From assembly GCF_009914755.1 (NCBI RefSeq), contig NC_060937.1: a stretch of DNA of 64,000 nucleotides; one strand, given 5' to 3'. The notes beneath the pieces were generated by a model that was given only the letters and a program-made list of their open reading frames with translations, was not told where the DNA came from and searched no databases. Positions within the stretch are counted from its first letter, which is position 1, and each line of letters begins with the position of its first letter. Of the stretch, positions 39,803 through 57,299 are shown piece by piece. The position numbers and the translations under genes are program-made. Source of the DNA: the human T2T-CHM13v2.0 reference genome, Homo sapiens.

Positions 39803-40815
39803 ATGGGGAAAAAACAGACAGAAAAAATGGAAACTCTAAAAAGCAGAGCGCCTCTCCTCCTCCAAAGGAATGCAGTTCCTCACCAGCAATGGAACAAAGC
39901 TGGATGGAGAACGACTTTGACGAGCTGAGAGAAGGCTTCAGACGATCAAATTACTCTGAGCTACAGGAGGACATTCAAACCAAAGGCAAAGAAGTTGAAA
40001 ACTTTGAAAAAAATTTAGAAGAATGTATAACTAGAATAACCAATACAGAGAAGTGCTTAAAGGAGCTGATGGAGCTGAAAACCAAGGCTCGAGAACTACG
40101 TGAAGAATGCGGAAGACTCAGGAGCGGATGCGATCAACTGGAAGAAAGGGTATCAGCAATGGAAGATGAAATGAATGAAATGAAGCGAGAAGGGAAGTTT
40201 AGAGAAAAAAGAATAAAAAGAAATGAGCAAAGCCTCCAAGAAATATGGGACTATGTGAAAAGACCAAATCTACGTCTGATTGGTGTACCTGAAAGTGACG
40301 GGGAGAATGGAACCAAGTTGGAAAACACTCTGCAGGATATTATCCAGGAGAACTTCCCCAATCTAGCAAGGCAGGCTGACATTCTGATTCAGGAAATAGA
40401 GAGAACACCACAAAGATACTCCTCGAGAAGAGCAACTCCAAGACACATAATTGTCAGATTCACCAAAGTTGAAATGAAGGAAAAAATGCTAAGGGCAGCC
40501 AGAGAGAAAGGTTGGGTTACCCTCAAAGGGAAGCCCATCAGACTAACAGCAGATCTCTCGGCAGAAACCCTACAAGCCAGAAGAGAGTGGGGGCCAATAT
40601 TCAACATTCTTAAAGGAAAGAATTTTCAATCCAGAATTTCATATCCAGCCAAACTAAGCTTCATAAGTGAAGGAGAAATAAAATACTTTACAGACAAGCA
40701 AATGCTGAGAGATTTTGTCACCACCAGGCCTGCCCTACAAGAGCTCCTGAAGGAAGCACTAAACATGGAAAGGAACAACCGGTACCAGCCGCTGCAAAAT
40801 CATGCCAAAATGTAA
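39803..40815 (+). pseudogene. ORF1: L1 ORF1p (RNA-binding/chaperone), frameshifted at about codon 6; 308-aa internal ORF 39889-40815
   Basis: Native ATG at 39803 followed by a 1-nt deletion (cagacag); downstream protein is near-identical to human L1 ORF1p (REKG, ARR, YPAKLS motifs). Confidence 0.95.
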
Positions 40816-40863
40816 AGACCATGGAGACTAGGAAGAAACTGCATCAACTAATGAGCAAAATAA

Positions 40864-44711
<3,848 letters not shown>

Positions 44712-46804
44712 ACAATGAGATCACATGGACACAGGAAGGGGAACATCACACTCTGGGGACTGTTGTGGGGTGGGGGGAGGGGGGAGGGATGGCATTGGGA
44801 GATATACCTAATGTTAGATGACGAGTTAGTGGGTGCAGCGCACCAGCGTGGCACATGTATACATATGTAACTAACCTGCACAATGTGCACATGTACCCTA
44901 AAACTTAAAGTATTATAATAATAAAAGAAAATAAATTTTAAAAAAAAGTGAATAATTGTATGATTTTGGTTTAAAAATATAAATGGGAGACCATCACGCA
45001 ATAATTCTAATATTAGAAGCAATATATCCATTTGGCTACTAAATGCTTTGCTGTACTTCTGTTTGCTTTATATGTGCTTATATCCTTTGTAATATATCTG
45101 AAATATTAAGAAAAAAAGATAGGCATTAAGTATACAGCTGCTGTTCAGTCTTAGATATGGTGCTAAGGTTGTTAGCTCTATAGCTCTACAGAGACAGTCT
45201 CACCAGAGTTGATGATCTGAGATGGTCACACTGATGGGAATATATATGAAAGGCAAAAATAAGCACACGTATGTGCACACACACACACACACACACCACT
45301 AAGTCAGGATATGAATATATGTTAAGGTCTTATGTAATATGCAAGTACCTTTAAGTGAATTTTTGAATGCTCTTAAATACAATTAGAAAACAGCACAGAA
45401 TCAAAGTTTTTATGATACTCAAAAAGGTTAAAATTTCTAGGATTTTGTCTTGGTAGTTTGTTTTCTATTATAGTGCCCATTATTTTTTATGTGTTGTAAA
45501 ATAAGCACTTAAAGAGCCAAGCAGGGGTCCCTTTTCTTTCTATATCTTATTTCTTTTCTCAATGGTCATTGCAAGACAAACACATCATTAAACACACAGA
45601 AGCCTTACTATTGCGTAATATTTTGTGTCAAGCAGATATCTCTGGAGCAGTCAAGGCAGTTTGTTCCTTTGAGTGCCAGAAGGACCTTGCTGTAGCTCTG
45701 CTTTATCTACTATAGTTTCTCAGCAAGGGCAGCCTTGTGGGATGTATTCAGGTTGCCAGTCGATAAAAATGAGAATTTCTTCACCCTCTACAAGTTTTAT
45801 GTCACTGCTGGAGAATGGGAGTTTCTGTTGCTGCAACAAGTTAGTATTCAATTAAAATGTGATCATTTCAAAATGAATAGTGAATTTGTATTACTGAGGA
45901 TTGCCCCCTTAGGAAGCCAGTGTGCTTTGGTGCCACTGGCATAATCGGCAGCTCTGGACTGGTCTAGTCTGATGTAAGATTAGAGCCATCTAAGGAGAGC
46001 TCAAAGGCATCTTGTGCTGTCAGGGACCAATCCAGTGAATCAGAGTGGCAGCTGAGATGGAAAAAAGGCAGCTGCTGGGCCAACACCATGAGACCCAGAG
46101 TTATTTTTCAGGAAGCTCAACTGAATTATTTCTTTTCAATGTGTGGCTCTCTGTGAATAGAATGCAGTGACATTGGGTGAAAAGGATAGACTTTATCAGG
46201 ATTTGGCTGACTGAGTTATGGGGCAGGTATGCATGCTGGGAAGAGCAGGGATGGATGGATTGGAATAAAATATGACCAGTGGTCCAAGCTACTTCACAGC
46301 ACCACAAAGCCATCTGTTAGGGCTCAACTTAGCATGACCATCATCTCCTGTAGGAAAAGCCAGAGTAAGGGTGCAAAGTTATAGGTGCATGAAGGGAGTT
46401 CAAGAAAAATGCTCAATTTCAAAGAAAAATTAAAATGAGCTAACCACTGGAATTTAACAAGTTAATGTCAACACACAATCATCTACAAAGGGGCAGGTCA
46501 GCAATTTGTTTTTAACAACTAGACATGTTTTTAAAGAGGAAAATTACTTGGTAAGAATTATATCTTCTATCATTTTCTGTCATCTTATGATGTGGATATT
46601 TATGGAATTAAAAATCACAGTGTCTCAGATCAGGTCGAATGTTCAGATTTATGTTAAGACCAGACATTTCCTGTAGTGGTTGGATCAGAGAGAGCCCAGG
46701 CCCTTTGTATCCCAGGCAGATGGTCTGAATATGGAGAGAGAGATGACATGGAAGATACGGTTTAAGGCTTTTTGTTTGTTTTTTTGGATTCTTGGTAAAG
46801 GAGG

Positions 46805-47164
46805 TGATATGGTTTGGCTATGTCCCCACCCAAATCTCATCTTGAATTGTAGGTACCATAATTCCCACATCTTGTGGGAGGGACCTGCTGGGAGATAACT
46901 GAATCATGGGGCCAGTTTCTCTCATACTGTTCTCATGGTAGTGAATAAGTCTCACGAGATCTGATGATTTTATAAGGTGTTTCCCCTTTCACTTGGCTCT
47001 CATTCTCTCTCTTGCTTGTGGCCAGGTAAGATGTCCCTTGCTCTTTTGCCATGATTGTGAAGACTCCCAGCCACAGGGAGCTGTGAGCAATTAAACCTCT
47101 TTCCTTTACAAATTACCCACTCTCAGATGCATCTTTATTAGCAGTGTGAGAATGGACTAATATA
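46805..47164 (+). mobile_element. THE1 (B/C-like) solo LTR
   Basis: tgatatggtttggct...ggactaatata; perfect 5-bp TSD ggagg (46800-46804, 47165-47169). Confidence 0.95.
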
Positions 47165-48154
47165 GGAGGATTCCTGATTATTTTGTAGGAGCTTTATAAG
47201 TATGAAAATGCTATAGTCTTTTCTTTTGTCTCAGCCAACTCATTAATGTTTTTATAGTGAAAAGTTTTCCCTGGTATATTTTTCTGACTGTACCCTCTAC
47301 CGCGCCATCACCACATAAACAGAAAGGTACCACTTTTTGTCTAGCGTGAGATTCAATAAACATGAGTTGAATGTGTGAGAGGAGAACATGACTCTGTGTA
47401 TGTGGCAAGAGAACAGACACATAAATAAAACCCAGAACTCTTACACAATGCTCCTTCCCCTTCTACCTTCAATTACTCTTCTATTTCTCCTTGTTATCAT
47501 TTTCTCAAGTACAGCCTCTTTTTTTCAGAGGAAAAATCACTCATGTCAGGGTTCAATAGTCCTTTACAGGTGTTGATGGATTCCACCATTAATGGCCACT
47601 AGAGGTGAGACTGAACACCTAGGAGAGCCAGAGATGAGCTGGTATCTTGGTGCAGGTAACATGGACTGTGGCCATGTGTAGAAATCAATCCTCAGGCTTT
47701 CAGTCATGTTAAAACTGGTTATCGAAAGTTTAAGGCGAAGTAGGAATGGGGGAGCAAGTCAGAAAGTCAAAGCAAGTCATGTCAAGAATGGATTGTGCCT
47801 CAGTGCTTTTCGTGAAACAGCTCCAATAATAATCAGCTATTCCAATCTCTATCTCACTTCGTGATTTGACTCTATTGGGCATTCTTACTCAGGATGTTAA
47901 AAAGCTAGACTTACATGATTCAAGTATAAAAAAGGAAAAAAGAAAGGAATAGCCTATATCATCAGCTGCCCTTCTTCTTCCAGTTCTTTCACCAGAGTGG
48001 AATATTTGCATGAGTATTTATATATATTTACACTTGGGATAGACGAGGCTTACGGGAAATGTGGCTTTGATTGCACCTTCTGAACCATAGCTTGACTGTG
48101 CAGATGTTTCACAGCATAAGTGGGGCCAGATGAGTAGAATTAGGCTTCAGGGCC

Positions 48155-48270
48155 AGGGTGACCAGTCAGCCCAGTTTCCCCAGGACTGGGGCAGGGGATA
48201 GAATGTGGAGTTTTATTTTAAAATTGGGATAGTGCTGGGAAAATTGTCCTGATTTGTCTGGGACTGATAG
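48155..48270. mobile_element. MER81-like hAT-Blackjack fossil
   Basis: agggtgaccagtcagcccagtttccccaggactg..aaaattgggatagtgctgggaaaa. Confidence 0.5.
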
Positions 48271-49439
48271 GTTTGGAGGTTGACTGACCAGACTATATGT
48301 GCGTGTGTAATACTGTATTGACATTGTGTAAGAACCACCCGCCCACCCCCCACCACTTCACTTGTGTTCATCAAAATGGATTAGCCTCCCTGTCACCCCT
48401 CTCCCCTGAGGTGGTTCTGTCAGATCACATGGGGCTTATTCCATTCTAAGACCATGGCAGAAGAAGTAGGATGTATGCTGTTGGCTTAACGACTTCATCT
48501 TATGCAGGGAAGTAACATTAATGTATTAGAACACATATCTAGCTGGGTTTCATTTGCTGGTACAAAATTACATTTTGATTCATGGTACATTTTGATCTGA
48601 AACATACCTACTAACTAAACTTTGATCAGTGCTGTGGTCTCTCAACAAAGGGAGAAAATACACCTGTAGAGGAAAATTCTCACACATCTGCTTCACATTT
48701 CCTATCTCAAGTGCAAATTTAGATAATCATAAATACAACTTTAAGAAATATCCTCTAAGGTTGTCATGAAAACAGGGTTGAATTCAGATTTGGGAACAAG
48801 ACCACCAAGTCAGGAACAAAGGCGAGTGAAGACTGAAAGTGGCAGTCAGAACAAACCAAAAATTGCCCATGGATTCTGCTCTGCATTGCTGTTGGTGAGC
48901 CATGGTTCCCGCTGCACTTCATTCCACTTCCTCCATGAGTGGCTCTAATGCCCTTGAAGAACCTTTTGTGTGCAGAGTGGCTTTCTAGAAGTACTGGATA
49001 TATTCTTGCGGAATAGAGTGCTGAAGCATTTTTTGGTTACCTTAGCTTGCAGCTTAAAATTCTTTCATGCAAATACTGTTTCAGTAAATACTGTTTCAGT
49101 AAAGATTTGAAGTTATCAGTAGCAATTGAGAAAATAATTGAAATATGGGCATATCACAATTACCATTTGCAGCTATTATCTAATTTCTGCCCTTAGAGTT
49201 TATTTAATCATGGGAAAAATAATAAAAAAATTTAATCATGGTAAGTTAATGACAAAGTTAATTTTTCCCTCTGAGAAACTGTTTTTGGTTTGTTTGTTGC
49301 TTTCTAAATTCACCAACTTTTGAAATTACCTTCAGAAGACTATGTGGGTCAAAGGCTTTCTGTACTTAGATGGCACAATGTGGTTATAAACTCCACAGAG
49401 GATTTACCAGAGTTCCTTGTGTATCAACTATGCAGCACT

Positions 49440-49612
49440 TTAGTATTTACTACTTGAAGTGTGGTCTGCTGTGAGACAGCACCAGCATCCCCTGGGAACT
49501 TGTTAGAATTTTAACCCTAGGCCTAACCTCAGACGTATTAAGTCAGAATTTGTGTGTTAACATGATCTGTAGGTAATTAGTAAACACATGAAAGTTTGAA
49601 AAGTGGTGCTGT
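49440..49612. mobile_element. MER5-like hAT-Charlie fossil
   Basis: aagtgtggtc..cagcaccagcatcccctgggaacttgttagaa..aaagtttgaaaagtggtg. Confidence 0.7.
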
Positions 49613-50950
49613 AGAGAATTTGGAGGAAAAATGAAGGGATGGCTCTAGTCATGTCAGTCCAAGCAATCTGTCTTGCAATCATAGGGCCCATCCTCCTTGG
49701 AATGTCCAACCAAGACCTATATTTGCAGTGGAACACACATCCTGCTATAGAACAGAATTCTTCCACGCATCAACGTCCCGCACTCTATGAATGTTGGTGC
49801 CACTTTTACTGTTGCAAACACATCACCACAGTTGGAAGTTGACTCTTGGTCTACTCCAGCAAAATGACAGCTGCAGTCCATTTTCCAAGCCTTCAACACT
49901 TTGAGCAAAGTGCATGTTTTGTAATGTTTGGAAGAGACATGTCATAAAGCAGCAGTTTGGAAGGGGGTTGGGCTGCAGTTACCTCAGAGGAGGGCCCAGT
50001 AAACCTCTAGGAAGGAAATAGCAGCCATTAGATAGATAATTAGGACCTTCAACACTCTTAGCAGCAAAAGATGCAATGCTTTAGAATTATGCTGGTAGAT
50101 AATAAGGCAGTGTCAACCCTGCTGTAGACTGAGATTATTGAGTGGAGAATTGGAAATGAGAGGCTAGTTTCTTTTTTATCATGGAAAGTTTTTTTTCTTT
50201 TGATTCGTAAGTCATGAAGCGATAAGTTTTTGGAGTCATAAAAACTGAAGACTTGGAGGCATCAGCAAATTTTCCTCCACTGACTTTGTTCACTCAGAGC
50301 TTTTGTGTGTCTTCCAGGGCTACCAGTGCCACATAAGTCTGAAGGGGTCCCCTCCCCATTGCATTTTATGTTAGTTGGACCCCCTGGGGTTGTGCAATGC
50401 TGCAACTCTGATTACATTTCCTCAGTGTAGACTGTAAGCAAAAAGGATATAAGAAGAGCGATTTCCGTTATTCAACAGATATTATAATTAGCCTCAACCC
50501 ACATGCATATCAAAATCATCCCTAAGACTACAAGAAATCTGCTCAGGCCACATTTTTATAAATATTGATTCTGTAGGTCTGGGGAAGGATCCAGGAATTT
50601 GTATTTCTATTTATCTCTAGGTAATTCTGATATGCTGTCAACTCTGTCTTTAGTGTTTAGTGCTGAGGCCGATACTTAAAAAATTAAGACACTGTCTATG
50701 CCTTCAAGCATCTGCAATCCTATGAGAGAGCTATACATATAAATGACACATAATACAATACTAATTTAGGGCTGTGATAGAGGCAAATACAAAGAACTCC
50801 AGAATGATTGTGGTGGAGAATGGAGCCAAACTCTTACTTGGTCATGTCTTTGTGTGTTTGTGTATACATGCAGCTCTAAGCAAACCTGGGACCTCTGTGA
50901 GATCTGTGTTAGCTCCCCTCTTCAGTGCCCTGTTCTGACTGACTTGTTGA

Positions 50951-51374
<424 letters not shown>

Positions 51375-51513
51375 TGATTTACTTGTTCATACTGAGGTAT
51401 ATTAATAATCCTATTATGTTCCTTTTTATGGAAACCTTCCATTTTAGTAGACTGACTAAGACCACAATGGGACTTGAGGAGTGGCAACCTGGGTCTGGGA
51501 GGGGTACATGCTT

Positions 51514-51560
51514 GCGTGCGTGTGTGTGTGTGTGTGTGTGTTTGTGTGTACACACACACA
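51514..51560. repeat. (TG)n/(CA)n microsatellite
   Basis: Directly visible. Confidence 0.9.
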
Positions 51561-53210
51561 TAGAGAGTTGGGAGTGTGAAGGCTTCTCGTAATCCTACCA
51601 GGTGGCCACCTCTTGTTACTGCATTAGAAGCTGACTGCAAAGTTTAGAAATTTAGTTAGGAAATGAGAAGAGAGGGATGGGTATGAATTGCTGCTAATGG
51701 CTTACAGTGGCTACTAGTTCAAAATGAAGCACTAATTCAGAGAAGTGCTGAGCAAGAGGAGAAAAGAGAATTAAAAGAAATGAAATGCCAATGAACAGTT
51801 GATCATGTCTTAATGAGCAGTGAGAATCAATGAGGTGAAAAATGTCAGCCTGCTCAAAAAGATGCTTTCCTGGTTTTAAAAATAATCAGTAGGGTACCAG
51901 ATTCATCCTATAATTTAGAAATGATTATCAAATTTATATTTACTTGTGTTTTTTCACCATCAGCAAATCATTGTTTCCCTGAATTCTTATTATGAAAATC
52001 ATATTTCCTTATTATTTTCACTTTATATATGAATGAACTGAGGAAAGTTTATTACTCCAAGGCAATCTAGATTTTTGATCATCAAATTCAGCTTCTGTTT
52101 TTCTGGGTAGCAAAGCCAGCACTTCCATATCTTGACCTCACAGCTATACCTTATGGGCAAGCTGTAGTGATGAGAAGATTATTAATATAATTCTCATACA
52201 AGCTTCTCTGAAAGTAAGTAGAGGTACAATAGTAGAGAGTTTGGCTCTATTGCATGGGTTGCAACAAGTTTTAGAACTCAAGCCCCTTTCCTTTTAGATT
52301 TATGTTCATTTTGATAGATTATTCATCCATTGCCTGATGTACGGTTTCAGAGAGTGAAGCCAAAGAAGCTTAGAACTTGTCCTCTGAGAAGGCTATTTGC
52401 TACTGGTTGATGGGGTGCCTAGGATGTTGACAGCTGACCTCTTGAATAGTTTTATCCTCATCACTTTACAAACAACCACTGGATTTCCAGGCCTTAAGCT
52501 TTGTTGAGAACTCTCAACAAGTACCTGCAGGTATTCCAGGACACTTCAAAATGTATTAATCTCTGGTGTGAGATGAACATGTTGCCTGTCCTGAGATTTC
52601 ATTTGCAACAATTGTCGTGCTTTCCTCTCTTGGAGATGCTGCTGTCGGGCATGAAAAATACAACACAAATTTTATGAGCAATAATCACACCTCCTCTGAA
52701 TCATCTGTTTGAGTTCTTCCAGGTTTGAAATAATTGAACCTGCACAAGGACAATGGCAGGTGCACTAACTTATGTTGCTTTAGTTATCAGGAAGGTCAAC
52801 CCCACTTTAAATAAGAGCCTGGCTGATATTGCTTCCTAAAAGCTATGGGGAAGGCACTACATGCCCTTCTGATTTGTTTGTCAAATATGTCTGAGATGAC
52901 ACACATCTCTGTTTGCTTTTATATAAGAGAATATAACATGGCTGGAATTCAAAACACCAATGGAAAAAGTCAAGTGAGGTATTTGTTGATAGATTGTTTC
53001 CTCCCTGTACTTCAAAATGAACAAAGCCATCACTTTATGGTACCTGTCAGGATTTGAGATTCCACAAAAATTAAGATAGAAGTGGTAGTGAGGAATGCCT
53101 ATGTATAAGATAAGTCATCTATTTAGCAGCAGCTAATTCATCTGTACTCTGCTTTATAAGAAATACAATAGGCTTGGATCTCTCTTGCCCTTTTTTTGTC
53201 TCTCTCTCAG

Positions 53211-53315
53211 AATCGCGGCATGTCTTCCAAGGAAAAAACTGTAACTAAATCTATGGCAAGTTTTTGGATTAGAAAAATCTAGGCTTCATGAAGATAAGAG
53301 CAGAGCTGTGGAAAA
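53211..53315 (+). other. Candidate non-coding exon (105 nt)
   Basis: Strong acceptor ccctttttttgtctctctctcag|A; donor AAA|GTAAGA; stop codons in all three frames. Confidence 0.3.
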
Positions 53316-54577
53316 GTAAGACAAAGAAATCATCCAACAATACAAGCAACATACAAGAGGTCTGCAGTCTATCAATGAAAACTGATTAAATTTACATAAG
53401 TGCTAATCTCAGAAGATTAGTGCATTGACAATCTATAGTGTGTGCAATGGAACTTGAAAAGAGTACTACAAGACTGCCTCCTCACCATTTCCCAATGACC
53501 TGTACAATTAAGCAAACGACATATTCTTTGATTGCTTGTGTGTTGGCCTGGAACACTAAATCTCATAGTTCATTAGTATGCGTTGTTAGATGTTTCAATT
53601 CCCAGCTACAGTGTTGTCTGGAAGAAACAGCCTCAGGAGGGTAGGTAGATTATGCAAACTATGGATTTTTGAATGTTTTCTAATTAAACATAGCAAGAAA
53701 TCTATAATATGCCTTGATTTGCTTAAGTCCTTGTTAATAAAATTTCTAGAGTAACAGGAAGATGCATCAATATACTGTATGGCAAAGACTTTTTAGCACT
53801 AATTCCAACCATGTCACTCTCTAGCGGTCAGAGATCCACCTTCTTAATTCCACGTTGAGGTTTGGCATATGAGGAAAAACCCACAAGCCTTATTCTGGAA
53901 TAGGGTAAAATCAGTGGTTAGTTGTCAATTCCTATTTCATAGGAAGATTGAATATGATAATTGTAGATGGGGTGTTTATCCTTTCTCTTGACCACTTTGG
54001 TGAAGAAAGGCAAAATTAGGAATTGGCAAAATAGGAGTGAGAACTAGACAAAACTGAAAATAGCTGTGAAAAGAAAGGACTTAAAACTGTATTCTGCATT
54101 GACTGCTCACTGATACCATTTTAATTTTGGTAAAAGGTGATAGTGTGCATCCTTAATTTCTGAAGAGTTACAGAAGGCCTTATTTTTATTCTGTTTCATT
54201 ACCAATAGTAACTATAATTTATATGGCATCTACTGTGTGCCAGACACTATGCTAAATCATACACATTATTCTCTGATCTTAAATCCAAACTTTCAGCTAT
54301 ATGATTCCCATTTTAGTAAGGAGAAAATTGAATAGGTGAGTGAATAGTTTGTGCAAGATGATTGCTAATGAGTAATGGAGTATTTTACAACTCGTGTCAA
54401 CCTGACTCCGGAGTTCTGCAATTCCAACTGCCATGCCTTTCCTTCCTATCCACCAACCTGGCCAAGTTTAGAAACTAAAATGATTACATGTGTTCTTTCT
54501 GAGTCCATCTTGGTACATAAAAATTTAATATTTTTTTGTATGTGATAAAAATGCCTTCCTATTTAAAATTCAGTGTT

Positions 54578-54892
<315 letters not shown>

Positions 54893-56313
54893 TTAGAATA
54901 GATAACTCACTTGTTATACTACTTTAAAACAGCCAGGGATACAAATGACAGGACAAATGGTTGCTGTTCATGTAGTTATTCTTAATTTGTGGAAGGATTT
55001 TTTTTTGTTTGTTTGCTATACTGGTTGTATTTATGGATACAAGAAAAAACACAAGACTAGATGTGATCACTCAAATATGCTAATTACTTATTCTGTGAAT
55101 ATGTATCCACACTATACATGGCAACATTAAAGGATCATTCCCCACACAATCCATCAATATGTAGCTGTCAATCTGTCAGTTAATTACAATTAATGCAGCT
55201 GACAAGGCAGAGCTCCAAAGCATATTAACAATACTTTACATTCTCCAGTCATGACATTTGAGCCATCATACAGTGTGTGTGAATATATATTAAAAATAAT
55301 GCATCCTTTTCTTCTAAATAATTTTGACACAATGGTGACATGTTTCTCTGTTTTCTAAAGGGCTTATATCACTTCTGTCCTCCTTCCCAGCCAAGTAAAG
55401 TAAAGCAAAAGAGAAACAACTTTCAAAAGGACTGAAACACTATGGACTCAATTTCCATGTGCTGCACTAAATGGGGTCCTTAGAGCATCCCGGGCTGTCT
55501 TTGCTCTGATTTTATCAGAGTAAAAAATTTAAATTTTGCTTATGATAGGCTGAAGTTCTTATAAGGAGGAGAATTCTGGAAGAATTTTAAAGAGACATGA
55601 TTAAAAATAAATGCTGCACATTGACAAATGTTTGCCTCTAGATTTTTTTCCTTTTAGTAATTGTATTCATCTTAACATACGGAGATTTACTGCATAATTA
55701 TGTACCATCCCGAGTATATGGCATTTCTGCAAACTGGTACAGACATAGGCAAAGGGATTGTAAGGACACATGTTTGAGAAGACCCAGGAACTCTCACGAT
55801 TGGTCTTAGGACCCTCCCTTACTTCAGTAATGCAAAAATCCTCATCAAGAGGTTTTTTTTTTTTTTTTTTTTGGTCCTTTGTAAAATGGACTAAGCCAAA
55901 GTCTGCAGGGTCTCAGGGCATCCCCAATGCCTCAATATCAAGCAGCTGCTCTATCCTGAAGAAGGCTTTGCATGTGATTTCTCCACATTTCAGCTTTTCA
56001 AGTGGCTCCAGAGACCATGATCAGGTGTTCAAATCATACAGCTTTTTCTGCCTTCTCCCCTGTTTTCTTTCTTTCTTTCTTTTTTTCCAGTTGAGACTTC
56101 CAATGGGTTGTTTCTCAAAAGGAAGTTAGGAGACAAGGATTCACCTCAATCCATTGGCACTCTGAAAACTACCTAGTTCATAGGTACCTGACATTCTCAT
56201 CCATGTTCCTATGCTTTCCTGCTCATGCATCAGCAAGATGACTGTCAGTGAGTTGAAAGTAATTACATAGAAATGCCATGGTGGCTAGCTCAAGGTGCCT
56301 TGTACCTTGCAGC

Positions 56314-57299
56314 TGATGCAGGATATTTTTTTTTTTGACCGCTTCGAGGGATGGGTGACAGGGATTCCCCATTTACTCCTCCCACTGTGCTCAACCCCTT
56401 GTGGGAGGGAACACATAGGTGAGTGAGTACAGGAGCTAGCCAGCTGCTTCAGCACTGGCAGAAGCAAACTCCATTTACTCAGGCCTGCTTCACCCTACCC
56501 CTTGTGGGAGGGAGCATGCAGGTGAGCAAGTGCAGGAATCAGCTGCTTTGGTGTTGGCAGGAGCAAACTCCATGCAGGCCCTGTGGTAGCATACAGGTGC
56601 AGGTGCCTGTGACCTCAAGGCCCCAGAGGGTGTGTTACTATGCTCTCTCAGCTCTGCTGTACGCAGATAGCAGTGTGTTGTCAGCTCAGTGGGCCCTTTG
56701 CCTTGTTGTGTGGGGTGGCTGTCCTCCACTAATGAGGGTAAAGGGCCAGTGTGACAGCCTTTTTGGGTACCCACACTTGGTGTATCCTGAATTCTTGTCC
56801 AGTGGCCAAGAAGAATGAAGTCACACAGACAAATTGAAGGATGGTGAATGCAGACAATTTTATTGAGCACTGAAAGTGGCTCGCAGCAGACAGGGGAGCT
56901 GGAAAGAGTACGAGAAGGGCAGGTCGCTTTCCTCTGAAGTCAAGTCACCTCTCTGCCTCTCTCCTTCGAAGTCAAGTTGCCTCTCTCTAATGTCCAGCTA
57001 CTTCTCTTAAGTCAAGACACCTCTTTTTGATGTCCAGCCACTTCTCTCTACTGGCTGAGTCTAGGGTCTTTGTAGGCACAGGATGGAGGGTGGGGCAGGC
57101 CTTAGGTAGTTTTGGAAAAGGCAACATTCAATTAGTAAAAATACAATATTCAGAAAGAACCAATTGGGATAGAGTGGGCAAACAGGGATAGAAGTTCTCA
57201 CTTTGGGCCATGGGTTTCAGGCTTTTCAGCTTGAAGGTGGGGCTTTGGCAGTGACCTGTCCCTGTCAGCTGAGAGTTTCTCTGCCTCTTGTCTCTATCA
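56314..57299 (-). mobile_element. ERV1-class solo LTR (LTR1/LTR27/LTR28-like)
   Basis: tgat...atca termini, perfect 4-bp TSD cagc (56310-56313, 57300-57303), aataaa on the - strand near 56860, internal ~100-bp duplication. Confidence 0.88.

Noticed and set aside
49071-49103. 15-bp tandem duplication aaatactgtttcagt x2
   Set aside because: Ordinary slippage duplication with no further structure.
56091-56183. Additional possible + strand exons (also 3050-3227 and ~59825-59900)
   Set aside because: Only one strong splice site each; indistinguishable from common pseudo-exons.
56423-56870. 131-aa and 126-aa ORFs
   Set aside because: Lie wholly within a solo LTR, with no gag/pol/env similarity.
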